In this document: piece after piece, positions 1 to 11,946 of the stretch
Numbering within the stretch: the first letter of the stretch is position 1
Layout of the letters: each line of letters starts with the position of its first letter
From: Microthyrium microscopicum
Lineage: Eukaryota
Reading direction: 5' to 3'
Length of the DNA: 64,000 nucleotides
Assembly: GCA_010405405.1 (NCBI GenBank)
Contig: MU004230.1
Coordinates: 282,627-346,626, forward strand
The notes under the pieces: generated by a model
What the model was told of the DNA's origin: nothing
Database searches by the model: none
What the model saw: the letters and a program-made list of their open reading frames with translations, nothing else
Made by a program: the position numbers and the translations under genes

Positions 1-1539
1 CTATAAACTAGAAATTTATAAAGTTATTCTTTTATATAATCTATACTTAGTCTAGTTATTACTAGTAGTTAGCTATTTTATCTTTCTTAACTAATATATC
101 TATTAAAAAGTAATACTAGTTTTACTTAGGTAGTTATAATATACTATATAGAATATACTAAATTTAAAAATTATTTCTATAATTAACTTTATTATACTAC
201 TTAATATAATATTTAAACCTTAAAATAAGAATATCTTAATAGCTTATTAATCTCTATATTTAATTTAAAAAAATAATATACTAATTAATTTTTATTATAT
301 TTTTTCTATTATAATAATAAAAAATACTATTTAAATTAATTTACTTATATTTTTATATTTAAATAATAATTAAATAGTAAAGAATATTTTAGTCTAAAAA
401 TAATTATAAGGCTAAAGATAAGTAACTAAAGTATTCCTTACTTTAATTATTTTTAGTTATAAAGGTTATACTACTAAAAAAAATTAAGACTATTATTAGT
501 AGTTATTTAAAGAGTATTACTACTAAAGTACTTACTAAAAAATAATAATTAGCTACTTATAGATTATATAATACTTTTATATTAGAAAGTTTTAGAACTA
601 TAATTTTAAAGAATAAATAAGTATAAATATTAATAGTAAAAGATATAAGTAGTATTATTATTATTATAATAATTTAAGTTTATACTATTTATACTAACTA
701 AAAATATTTATAATAGATTCTTTAAAGTTTATTATATAAGAGTATATAATTATAGTAGTAAGAGTTTACTTAATATAATAAAATAACTTCTACTATAATT
801 TATTCTTAAGATTTACTACTTAAGAAAGTAGTAAGATAAATATAAATACTACTAAAAATTTAGTAAAGAAAAGAAGATAAAAAAATAATAATAAGTAAAA
901 TCTAAAATAAAAAGTAGAATTAATATTATAACTTAAATAAACTTATAAAAATTAGAAAGTTATATAGACTTAAAAAGTTTAAAGTTATAGTCTTAAAGTA
1001 TAATTATATTTAGTAATAGTATATAGATAATTTATTATAAAAAGTTAAAAGTAATAAAATTTATTAAGATTAATATTTTATAATTAAGGCGTATTAAACT
1101 TTATATTAATATTAAGCTACTATTAAGGCTAAGTTTTAGAAAGTTATAAAAATATTAATTAGAATTTAAAAAGTTTATTATAGCTTCTACTTTCTAAAAT
1201 ATTTATTTATTATAGTATTTTTCTTTTATTAGTTTAAATTAAGTTTTATTAAATTAAAGGCTAATATTCTAAATATTCTTATTTACTATAGGCTATAAAT
1301 TATTCTATAGCTTACCCTATTAAGTTATTTACTTTTTTTAATTAGTTATTATATAATCTACACTTTATTAATCTTTATTATATTATTTTAACTTATTTTA
1401 TTATTTTAATATAACTATATTCTTCTTAACTTTATTTACTTATTTTTTAGAATTTCTTTCTTAATCTTAAATCTTTTATAATCTTTATACTTATTTTTAT
1501 TACCTTTTTTTTATCTACTTATAATCTTATTTTTTTCTT

Positions 1540-1810
1540 CTTACTTACTTATAATCTTATACTCTTTTTTATATACTATACTTTTCTTTATTACTTTTTT
1601 TTAATCTACTTATAACTTTATACTCTTTTTTACTTACTATACTCTTTTTTATTCTTTTCTTCTAATCTATTTATAACCTTATACTTCTTTTTATTTATTA
1701 TACTCTTTTTTATTCTTCTCTTTTAATTTACTTATAACTTTATACTTTTCTTTACTTATTATACTTTACTTTATTATCTTCTTTATATCTATTTATAACT
1801 TTACTTTTTT
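1540..1810. repeat. Degenerate tandem repeat, ~61-bp period, 4-5 copies
   Basis: Motif AT(C/T)TA(C/T)TTATAAC(C/T)TTA recurs at 1604, 1665, 1726 and 1787, with a weaker copy near 1543. Confidence 0.75.
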
Positions 1811-4684
1811 ACTTTCTTTCTATTTACTTTTTTTCTATTAATAAAAGTAAGTTATAAAACTTTTACTACCTATTTTATAACTTTTTATTCTTATTCTTTA
1901 TATATTTTTAGTATTATTAAATAAATATTATTATTTAAGTTATTTTTTTTGCTAATATTCTTTATAAATAATAATATTAGTAATAAAGAAAAAAATATAT
2001 AATTAATAAACTATTAATATTCTATATTTTAAAAAAATATTTATTTATATTATATTAGAAGTTTTTTAAGCTACTAAGTTAACTTTACTAATACTAGCTT
2101 ATTATTAATACTATATTTAAGTTATAATAAAGGTTTTATTAAATTTATAAAATAATTCTTTTTAAGCTTAATTATTACTTACTATTAATACTATTTATAT
2201 ATACTTTTTTTTTTAAATAACTAAGAGCTTAGATTTAGACTAAGCTATTTATACTAATATATTCTTAAAGTAATTTCTTAATAAATAGATATTTAAGATA
2301 TAAGAAAAAAGTCTATAAAGTAAAAAAATAGCTTAAGAAGTTATAGAAAAAATTATTATATTTTTATTTTATTAGTCTAACTATATAAAAGAAACTTATA
2401 GTAATAAGTTAAAAACTTATAGTTAATAAGAGTAGTATAAATTTATAATATAGCTTATAAATTAAAAGTCTTAGCTTTTAAAATAGAACTAGTATTTTTA
2501 ATTAAAGCTAATAATAAATAATTAAAAAATATAACTATTTATATTAAAGCTTAACTACTTATTATATTAGGATTATAAAGTTAAAAATAGTAAGTTAAAT
2601 TTATATAAGTTAAAATAAATAGTTTTATTTTAATATTTTAATATTTTAAATAATATTATATCTATAATCTTATTTTCTAATTAATATTTAATTATACTTT
2701 ATTAAGAAAATATTATTTTTTAAAACTCTAACTAAAGCTAATACTAATTAATAAGTATTTTTATTTTATCTAAATTAAATATTAGTTATAATAAATTAAC
2801 TTATATTTACTAAAGAAACTAGAAAGAATCTTATACTTAAAGCTAAATATAAATAAATCTCTACTATTAACTTTTTAAACTTTACTAGTATCTTTTATAC
2901 TAACTTCTAAGTCTTTTTTTAAAGCTTTAAGGTAAATAAACTATTAGTTTTTTAAACTTTTTAATTCTCTATTTTCTAAATTACTTTATTAAATAGTATC
3001 TTTTTTTAAAAGTTAGGATACTAAGTTATTAAATTTATAATTACTTTTTACTTTATTTTAGTAAAAATAAGACTAGTACTAAAAAAGTAATTACTATATT
3101 TATAATAAGTCTAGAAATTTATTAGTATTAATTTTAGTATTAGCTTTATTATATCTTATAATTACTTTATAAAATAATTTTAAAAAATTTTTCTAAGTAT
3201 AAGTTAATAGCTAATATTTATAATTAAAATTTACTAACTTTTAATTCTTTTTTTAATTCTTTATAGTATATAATCTAGTAAAGTTTAAAAAGTATTTCTT
3301 ATATAGTATTAATTAAATTTATATATACTAAGTATAAAAAACTTATATTAAGAGTTTTTATAGAAATAAGAATCTAAAGATAGTAATAATCTTTAATAAA
3401 GCTAATTTCTTTATTAGCTAAATCTTTAATAGCGTAATTAATAAAGAAAATATTATAAATAGCTTTTTACTATTTATAAATAAGATTAATCTAAGAAAAG
3501 AATAAAATTTATAAATTATACTCTTAATAATTATACTTATAGAAAAGTTAATAAAATTTTAGATTAAAAGTAATTTAAGAAGCTTCTTTAAAAATAATAT
3601 AGCTAATAGTAATATTATAATTATAAGTAATATCTTTATTAGTATTAATATATATATTATACTACTTAGACTTTTTATACTTTATTTTTATTAATTCTTA
3701 ATAGTAAGCTAATAAAGTAATAATAGTAAAATATAGTTTAGTTTAATAAATAGTATACTTAAGTTTCTAGCTAAGTAATTCTATAAATTTACTAATATTA
3801 ATACTAAAAGAAATTAATAAAGAAAATCTAATAATAAAAAAGTATATACTACTTTTATTTAAAGAGTTTTATATAAGTAGTAAAAATAGTAATACGTTAG
3901 TCTTTAAAAGCTTCTTAGTATTCTATAGTTTTATACTTCTTATTATTTTTATAATTAACGTAAGTATTATTATTTTTCTTAAAATAATTATATTCTATAA
4001 TATAGCTATTAAAATTAATATAATAAGTATAATTCTTAATTATATAAAGATTTTAAAATAATTAATTTATAAGCTTCTTAATACTTATACTAAGAGAATA
4101 AAGTTTTAAAGAATTAAATAAGTATTAATTAAGCTAAGAAACTAAAATTAAGACTAATAAGAAAAGTATAGAGATTATTATTACTAATTAAAAGAGAATA
4201 TATAGAAAAAGTTAAAGTATATAAGTAATATAAAGTAGTATATATATATAGTTTTTTAAGTAATACTTTTTAAAATATATTAATTTTAGTATTAGATTAT
4301 AATACTCTTATTATTTTAAGTTAGCTCTATTATTACTTACTCTTCTTTACTACTTTACTTTTTTTAATTAGTTAAGTTTTTAAAGTTTTAAATTATACTA
4401 GTTTAATACTCTAAATATTTTCTTCTTATAAAGAAATATTAAGAGATAGTTTTTAATAAGTAATAAGCTTACTTTTTATATCTTTAAAAAATTTATCTAT
4501 TTTTTTTTTTTTAACTCTTTCTACTTTTTTAAGATTTCTAAGTTTCTTTTACTTTTACTATTTAGACCTTTACTATCTTAAAGAGCTTTATTATTACTAT
4601 AATATACCTAAATAATCTTAATTCTCTTTTCTTTATACTTTTCTAGATTCTAATAAACTTTATAATACTCTAAATTTCTTTATA

Positions 4685-4850
4685 TAACCTTTATAAACTA
4701 TTCTAGCTTAGTAGTAACTTTTATAGCCTTTAAACCTTTTTATATATCTTTTATAAATTACTCTAACTTAATAGTAACTTTTATAGCCTTTAAATCTTCT
4801 TATACTACTTTTATAAACTACTCTAACTTAATTATAATCTTTATAAACTT
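4685..4850. repeat. Degenerate tandem repeat, 60-bp period, ~3 copies
   Basis: TTATAAA(C/T)TA starts at 4691, 4751 and 4811; TAGTAACTTTTATAGCCTTTAAA is shared by the first two copies. Confidence 0.75.
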
Positions 4851-5729
4851 TTATATATTAATAGTAATCTTAATAAATTATTTTATACTAATAATTAACT
4901 CCTTAGTACTAATAAAACTTAGTTATAGCTTATAAAAATTATTATAAAAAAGCTTTAATTTATAGAAATTATTATAACTAGTAGAATACTTATTATTATA
5001 TACTTTAATATACTAAACTTAGTAGTAAGTTTTATATATTCTATTTTTTTTATAAATATTAACTATAATACTAGTAAAGGCTTTATATAAAATCTACTAG
5101 ATTTAGAAAGCTTATAATCTTCTAATTCTTAAAATATTATTTATAAAATTAGTTTATAAAATTTATATTATATTCTAAAAAACTTCTAGTAATAGTAGTA
5201 GTTTAATAAATCTAAATATATATTAGTAAAGTAGTATAATTTAATATCTATAAGAATTAATAAAAGCTTATTTTATTATATACTTTAAAAATAAGTTATA
5301 TTTTTATTTTCTAAATTATAAGTTATTAATTTTTATAAATACTAACCTTTATATAATTTATATAAAAAAAGTAATAATCTAGTAAAAAGATATAAACTTA
5401 ATAAAAGCTTTATATACTAGCTAGATTATAAACTATTAGATAAGTATTTAAAATTAATTAATAACTTTATTATAAGAAGGTAATTAGAACTAGTAAACTT
5501 TAAAGAATAGAAAAGGAATTATAGTTATATAATTATTTATAAATAATAGAATTAATAAACTAATTCTAAATCCTAATTAATACTTTTATAACTTACTAAA
5601 AAAGTAGTAATAAGATATAATTATTAAATACTATATTAAACTTTTTAAGTTAACTTAAATTATATAGTATTAGTTCTTTATTTAGGTTATTTATTAATAA
5701 ATACGACTTATAGGCTAAATTTATAAAAA

Positions 5730-5834
5730 CTTAACCTATTTAAGTTAGGTTATAATATTTCTAAAACCTAACCTATATAGGTTATAAAAATATTTAGAGA
5801 AACCTATACCTAACCTAACCTAACCTATGCCCTA
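5730..5834 (-). repeat. Probable DNA-transposon terminus with short subterminal repeats (AACCT)n
   Basis: Minus strand reads TAGGGCATAGGTTAGGTTAGGTTAGGTATAGGT exactly at the AT-rich boundary. It resembles a RIP-converted hAT-type end with GGGTC/CGGGT-type subterminal repeats (inference). Confidence 0.45.
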
Positions 5835-6378
5835 GCATACTCAATATCAACTCTAGAAGAATTACTGCAATAAAGACTAAAAGCATGTTTGTTCTTTCTT
5901 AGACATTGGAAACGAGTGTCTTCCAGCCTGATTTCCGCCGTCTAGTTCATAGAGTGCGATAGACCCCAACCATGCAATGTTGTAAATAGCCCTTGGTATA
6001 TCGTTTGGCAACCACCAGCTATAGGAGTGGCCAAAAGTTGTCTAAATAGATTAAAAGACCTAGGCTCGACTGTCTAGACTCTACAATGAGTAGTAGATCC
6101 TATCCACATATCAATACTTTCTGAAACTTGACATCTCTGGCCAGACTTACCATGGATCAAGTATAAACGCCTCAGTCCAACTCAAACCCAACATCACTTC
6201 CTTCGATCGAATGCCCATATCAGAGTCACAAACTTCCTGTACCACACTCATTAGTTGTTGGAACACTCCCATTCCCCTAGAACGCAACATAACTCCTGTT
6301 GCCAATTGAATCTGCGAGACCATAACGACTAAATCCAAACATCAACCACAGCCTCTTCAAAACCCAACAACCATCACA

Positions 6379-7128
6379 ATGCGCCAATTCCTACCCATAA
6401 TCCTCTCCCTCCCCCTAATCCACGCCGCCGACCCTGCAACGGCAACAGCACCACCCCAACCAACAACCACCCCCTCCTCACCACCACCAACCGCACCCTC
6501 CGTCCGCGTCCCCCTCGCCGCAAAATCCCTAACCCCCTCCATCCTAACAATCTCCGCCTCAGCAACGACATTCCAATTCCACGGTCCCGCCGGTGCCGCA
6601 GGCGCCAGTGCTAACGCAGACCTAGACGCAACATTCACTGACGGCCCAGCACCCTTCTACGGCTGGCAAAACATCATCGTCACCACCGCCCCCGGTGTCC
6701 CGCAATTCACCGCCACAGGCCGCATCGCCTGCAACGCACCAGACCTCGTGGGCAAATGCAGTATGACGTTGATTCCGGGGCAGGGGTTTCCGGCGGAGGC
6801 GACGGGGGCGTTGGCGCAGTTTGGGAGGAGGTTGCCGGCGGAGGTGCAGGCTGCTATGGGGGCGGTTGAGTTTGTTAGGGTGGGTGCTGTTGGGGAGGGG
6901 CGGTTGGGTGGTGGAGAGGGCGTGGGTGGGAATGGAACGGCGGTAGAGAGTGGGGATGGGAACGGGAGTGCGAGTAGTGGTGGAAGTGTAGGATCAGGAT
7001 CAGCTCCAGGGGTAAAGGCGAGTGCGACGGGAGAGAAGAAGGCGGCGTCGACGGGAGCGGGTGTTGCTGTTCGAGGGTCGGTTGTTGGTGTTTTGGGAGC
7101 TTTCGTTTTGGGATTGACTATCTTTTGA
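6379..7128 (+). CDS. Secreted, probably GPI-anchored Ser/Thr/Gly-rich protein
   Basis: Single-exon 249-aa ORF: signal peptide MRQFLPIILSLPLIHA, low-complexity stalk, small-residue omega region (ASTGAG) and hydrophobic C-terminus. Confidence 0.8.
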   Translation: MRQFLPIILSLPLIHAADPATATAPPQPTTTPSSPPPTAPSVRVPLAAKSLTPSILTISASATTFQFHGPAGAAGASANADLDATFTDGPAPFYGWQNIIVTTAPGVPQFTATGRIACNAPDLVGKCSMTLIPGQGFPAEATGALAQFGRRLPAEVQAAMGAVEFVRVGAVGEGRLGGGEGVGGNGTAVESGDGNGSASSGGSVGSGSAPGVKASATGEKKAASTGAGVAVRGSVVGVLGAFVLGLTIF

Positions 7129-7483
7129 GGGTGGTAGGGACAAAGAAGACCTAATTGATGGGAGCATCACCAAAATTGCTGGCTTATTCTGATGTTGAGT
7201 TGAGAATCAGGTTCGAAAGGATGAAAAAGCTATATCAAGTTAGTTGAGATGATAAAAGTTGGGAGACATACCTGCATTGATGCCCAAAAAGCTACAACAT
7301 TGAAGGCTAAACTGGTGAGTTTACCAAATACACCGTTTGCAAAACACCAAGGATACAAAACATGGAAATGAAATTATGCTAAATTATGCGAGTAAACCAT
7401 ATTCCCTCGCTGAAATGCGTCAAGAACCAACCTGCTCTGTATATACAGTGACTCGCAACGAATGAGCAATCGAGTTGGGGGTA

Positions 7484-9043
7484 TCATTTCATAAACTTGA
7501 ACTTGCCAAACCAGCTATTTCCCTGGGACTTTTTTCTAGGCGATTCCCAATGAGTTTTGCATTTGACGCTGTACTTCTTTTCTTTGCCATTCTCGTCGAT
7601 AGTAAGAGCAGTCAGCTTTCCGCCTCTAACGCAGCCGCTGTCAAGACCTCGAGAATATTTCTTGAGATTGAGGCCAACGCGAGAATCATGACCGTATATG
7701 ACAGTCTTTTTCTGGAGGCCTCTGGGTTGATTGGCTTGGAAATGGTTCCATACCTGGGGACGTTAGTCTGATGCTTATAAGCTTGATGAATTGCAGAATA
7801 TACCTTTTCCCAAGGCTCTCCGCCTCGCATTTCACTGGGGACTCGGGTGGCGAGGTCGATGGTTCGCATGTTCATGACGTGGAAAGGATCCTGCTTTTCA
7901 AGTCGAATTCCTGGAGCCAGACCAGCGTGAACCACAACGTAGTCTTTCTTGCCCATTTGACCAATGTTTAGAATGACTGGACATTTTTGTAGCCATTCGA
8001 TTTGATCACTGTCAAATTCTCCTGCCAGCTGGCGGTGTTTGGTATCTCCATATGCCATGGCTTGATCCTCTTGAGACTCAATATTTGGCTTGCTTCTTGA
8101 ATCGTCAATTGGAAGAGTGTTGCTACGCATGCCCGCCCAAGCAAGAAGCATTCGGTCTTCATGGTTTCCTCGAACACAAGTTGCGCCTAGAGATCTTGCG
8201 AGGTTTACGACACCGGGAGAGTCTGGTCCTTTGAAGATTATGTCGCCAACGAATATTAAATGATCTGTCTCTTGACTGAACTCTAGTTTCTTTAGCAGTT
8301 CTGTCACTAGGTAAAGTCAGCATATGTCTCCAGGAAACAATGGGCGCCTTACACTCTTCTTTGCAGCCGTGGACATCGCCAATAACGACAAGTCGCTTGA
8401 TGCCAGAATGAGTAGCGCCAGGTATGAATTTGGAGTCGAGATATTTCAGGTGAACCATATCGACAAACTCCGGTTGAGCGTTCGTACCCAGCTCTGTGCC
8501 AAGCACATGTCGATTGTAGCTTGCGTCCAGTATATCTTCTTCATCCATGACCGGTTTCAACCACGACATCCAAAAGAAGATGCAAACTGTGATAAAGATG
8601 CAGTATAGTACCAGGTATTTGAAAGTACGTCTTGGAAAGCGACAAGGCCAACTCCAAAAGTCTTTTGCGATCTTATCGGTCATGATGAATTGGCCATACT
8701 CGTCTTCGTCATAGGTTTTATAGTAGTCAGGGTACTTGTGTTCGGTACTCTTCCATTCGTTGGTAACGTAGTCAATCAGCGGCTTATCGGGTATGTGGTG
8801 CATAGGCGGCGGCATGTATGATTGAGCATTAGAGGGTGGCGGGCCCCGGGGAGGTTGTTGTGTGCTGGGAGAAGTTACGAGAGTTGCGTCACTGCTCGCG
8901 TGCGACCATCTACGAGGATCTGGAGAACCGGGGAGAGGGGAGACTGATCGCATTCGGTGGCCACTGGTGTCGGAGGAAGGTATGTTGGACCTGGAAGGAT
9001 AGAGCGAGGCAGGGTGCTTGCCCTTTTTGTACTTTGGTTCCAT
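7484..9043 (-). CDS. Membrane-anchored calcineurin-like metallophosphoesterase (PPN2/YNL217W-like)
   Basis: Motifs GDVHG, GDIIFKG, RGNHE, VHAG, YGHD and LDSGC; one TM segment; introns 8352-8307 and 7803-7754 join the ORFs; ATG at 9043, TGA at 7484-7486. Confidence 0.88.
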
Positions 9044-10257
9044 TGCGACTGTCAAAACATGGCAATGGGTACAATAGGAGGTGGACGCGTGTACAAGTGG
9101 GTTGTGGGTACTGAGATTTTGGGTGTAGTTTTTTTGGAAGGCGTGAAGAAAGCGGGTAAAAGACAAGCGAGGGTGGATGTCGATCCTAGGCTGGGTTACG
9201 ACGGGTGCTGATCATGCCAGAAATAACATTGGATAAGACCAAACTGTTACTTTTTGAAAGGTACATATAAGATGAAATACGGGTACTTCGGTAGCTTGGC
9301 GGCGGTAAGTGAGTTAAGAGATGCGTTGGCAAATCTCTAGTACGACGGTGGTTTTGAGGGCATTTGGAAGGATACAAATCCAGGTATATTATCGAATCGA
9401 TATTCAGGTACACTTTATAATAGTGAACATACGATATGTACAACTTCAACTCTCTTCTGGGGAAATCGAGGGGCGTCAGCTGTCAAGAAAACAACGTGGG
9501 GCAATCTATCGAAAAAGCCAAGAGGCTATATAGTACATTGACGCGCGTAGATGCTGGTACTTTTATGCCGTTTATCAAATCAATACAGGAGAGCGATGGA
9601 AATTGGAGCGAAAGAGCCTCGCGATTGCTGGGGCGTATACTGAAGCTGCAGCCACATGCACAGACTGTATGGCCCCTAAGAGATGCCTGTATCGTGCAAG
9701 TGCATCTTGATCTCAACTCATCATGCCCTCAAGACACCACCAACCTCTACTCTCATTGTCACCTCCACCTATTTCCAAAGCTATTCGATAGCTAACACTG
9801 CAAAACCCGAGTATAATTCTTCAGCAATCGTCACAATACAAAGCAATAAGCAACAATCACCGGCGTTGCGACACTCGTCTCATCTCAACCCTTTAAAGCA
9901 TCGTGATCCTTGCTTGCCACTGGCCAACTCCAACCCTCCAAATTCCTACTTCGCGCCGTCTATCGAGTCTTTACCACGAACATACTGTCTGATCTCTGGT
10001 GTATAAGCACGCATTACTTTTGACCATCATCTGTGTGCTCTAACGATACTTTCTTCGCCCATCATCAGTCATTACTTGACAAAATCGCTCTAGCGAACAC
10101 AATACCGGGACATAATTGTAGTGGAGGAAAGGAGAGCGCAAATAACTGCGCGCGGGAGGGCGCAGAGCGCTCTACCTGGTAGTCTGCATTTGAAATGATC
10201 CTTTGATTCCTTACTTTCGGGTCCGCAGTTTGCATTCTGGTGTCAAAAGTCTGAGAC

Positions 10258-11946
10258 ATGGACCCCCAGTCTGCAATCTTTACTCCTAGAGACGATATCT
10301 GGAGGATGCAGTCAGATATGTCGCGAATACAACAAACTCAGCAAGAGCACTCTGATAGACTCAATAGGCTGGAGCGGCGACAAGACGATGATGCAAGAAC
10401 AAAGTCCATCTGGGGTGCCTCTTCTCCATTTCCAAGCGTTCTGGCTGGTACTCCTCAGCAAAGACCGATAGAACAACCTCCCGCGGATGCTTTTAGCGGA
10501 TTCGATGATACACCTGCCAATTTAATTGGTAGCTTACACTTGGATGCCGATGATGAACCACGTCGAGTTGGTGCTACGTCAAGAGCAAATAGTGTACGCT
10601 TTGACGAGACGGCTAATCAAGGACACTGGTCACACCCGAATAGATCCTCATTAGATCTCTTGCCGAGATCGGGGAGTAGTTTAGGCTCTCACCCGATGAT
10701 GGAAAGGACATACTCAACAAAGTCAGATGGACGACAAAGCTCTACTGGCCACTCGGTAACATCTAGGGCGAACAGTCTTGGGATTGATACTCTAAATGGC
10801 CTTGGAGTCAGCGATCTTCCACCACTCAATCCTGGTCTATTCATTCTCGGCACATGTCCTTCAATCATTCGATGCTGGCTGACAACAAAATTCAAACACG
10901 ACACACTGCTGTACGCCGCTGTTTGTACAGGATCATTTGAATCGTTGGTTTCGCTGTCGTTGATATCGAAACTTGGACTTTCAAATCAAATTCGAATCGA
11001 GGATGCGAAGCAGAAAGTCAAACTTGCAGTCTACCTACCAGAAGCTGTGGTTCGATCAGCTTCATCAAGATCCAGCAGTCCAGCTCCTCAATTGCCTACT
11101 CTGACCATCGATTTCACCATTGTTCCAGATGAGAATATCGATTGCGATAAGACCATCCGGATCGCAATTGGTAGTGACATTCTAAGAGCTCACAATGCGG
11201 ATATATTGTTTTCATCAAGCACAATGACGATATACGACGATGACCAGTCCAAACTATCTATACCTTTGGTGAGGCCAGAGGATGAAGGCACCTTCAAGTC
11301 TCTGCGCACATATGGACTCCCACTCCCTTCACAAGCATCGTCAGTTGGCACAGAAAATGATGAGGCAAGCCATCAATCGGAAGCCATAGAACCGAGCATA
11401 AAATCCAACGATGCAAAGGATTTTCTAGCTACCCCGTCTCCATCCATTCTGCCCACCCTTCTCCACGCCAAAGAGGAATCTAGAATATCCCTCGACAGCT
11501 CAAGCAGCAGACCATCTCTAGGTCGCCTAGACACATCTCGCGAGACATCAGCTCCACAAGATAGCCCCAACACCTCATCTTCGCGACCTTCAACATCGGC
11601 CCAGGCCATCTGGAACAACTGGCGTCGCGAGCCCGAAAAGTCCACAAACAGCAGCGAAAGCTCTTGGGGTAAATCTAGCACCGGCTACCAAAGACGCGAG
11701 ACAGGTATCAAAGTTCTCAGGCCCCTCAAATCGTCCTCGCGGACATTTTCAGGCACTCAACCAGCTCCTTCACCCAACGCCACCCAGTCACGTTTCTTTG
11801 AAGAAGGACGTCGTAGACCCAGTGGTGAGGGGCTAGACTCGTCAAAGAAGCCATCACTGGTCGCCATGGGCAAAGAGACAACTCGCACGACCAAGAGTGC
11901 GAATCCTGTTGGTGGCGGCACGGCATTCTCGTGGCTGCCTAAATAG
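10258..11946 (+). CDS. Fungal protein with N-terminal coiled coil and central retropepsin/Ddi1-like domain
   Basis: Intronless 562-aa ORF; LLYAAVCTGS...LISKLGL...IAIGSDILRAHNADILF resembles the aspartyl-protease-like pattern. Confidence 0.75.
   Translation: MDPQSAIFTPRDDIWRMQSDMSRIQQTQQEHSDRLNRLERRQDDDARTKSIWGASSPFPSVLAGTPQQRPIEQPPADAFSGFDDTPANLIGSLHLDADDEPRRVGATSRANSVRFDETANQGHWSHPNRSSLDLLPRSGSSLGSHPMMERTYSTKSDGRQSSTGHSVTSRANSLGIDTLNGLGVSDLPPLNPGLFILGTCPSIIRCWLTTKFKHDTLLYAAVCTGSFESLVSLSLISKLGLSNQIRIEDAKQKVKLAVYLPEAVVRSASSRSSSPAPQLPTLTIDFTIVPDENIDCDKTIRIAIGSDILRAHNADILFSSSTMTIYDDDQSKLSIPLVRPEDEGTFKSLRTYGLPLPSQASSVGTENDEASHQSEAIEPSIKSNDAKDFLATPSPSILPTLLHAKEESRISLDSSSSRPSLGRLDTSRETSAPQDSPNTSSSRPSTSAQAIWNNWRREPEKSTNSSESSWGKSSTGYQRRETGIKVLRPLKSSSRTFSGTQPAPSPNATQSRFFEEGRRRPSGEGLDSSKKPSLVAMGKETTRTTKSANPVGGGTAFSWLPK

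Larger units (their letters stand above)
1..5834. mobile_element. RIP-degenerated, extremely AT-rich transposable-element relic block (family not reliably assignable)
   Basis: Very low GC; CpA/TpG nearly absent and TpA abundant; no ORF of 60 aa or more in 5.8 kb; abrupt change to normal composition near 5835. Confidence 0.9.

Noticed and set aside
1540..1810. Periodic repeat as a CRISPR array
   Set aside because: Whole units are similar, there are no unique spacers or cas genes, and the context is eukaryotic.
2500..3100. Reverse-transcriptase motifs in the RIP relic
   Set aside because: Only faint KAF-like traces on the minus strand; too degenerate to assign a family by eye.
5765..5827. (CCTAA)n as a telomere or interstitial telomeric repeat
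   Set aside because: Only a few pentamer units, not the fungal CCCTAA hexamer; better explained as RIP-altered subterminal transposon repeats.
9186..10259. Several 60-120 aa ORFs between the phosphoesterase and the next gene
   Set aside because: No motifs or coherent splice structure; probably promoter/UTR sequence.
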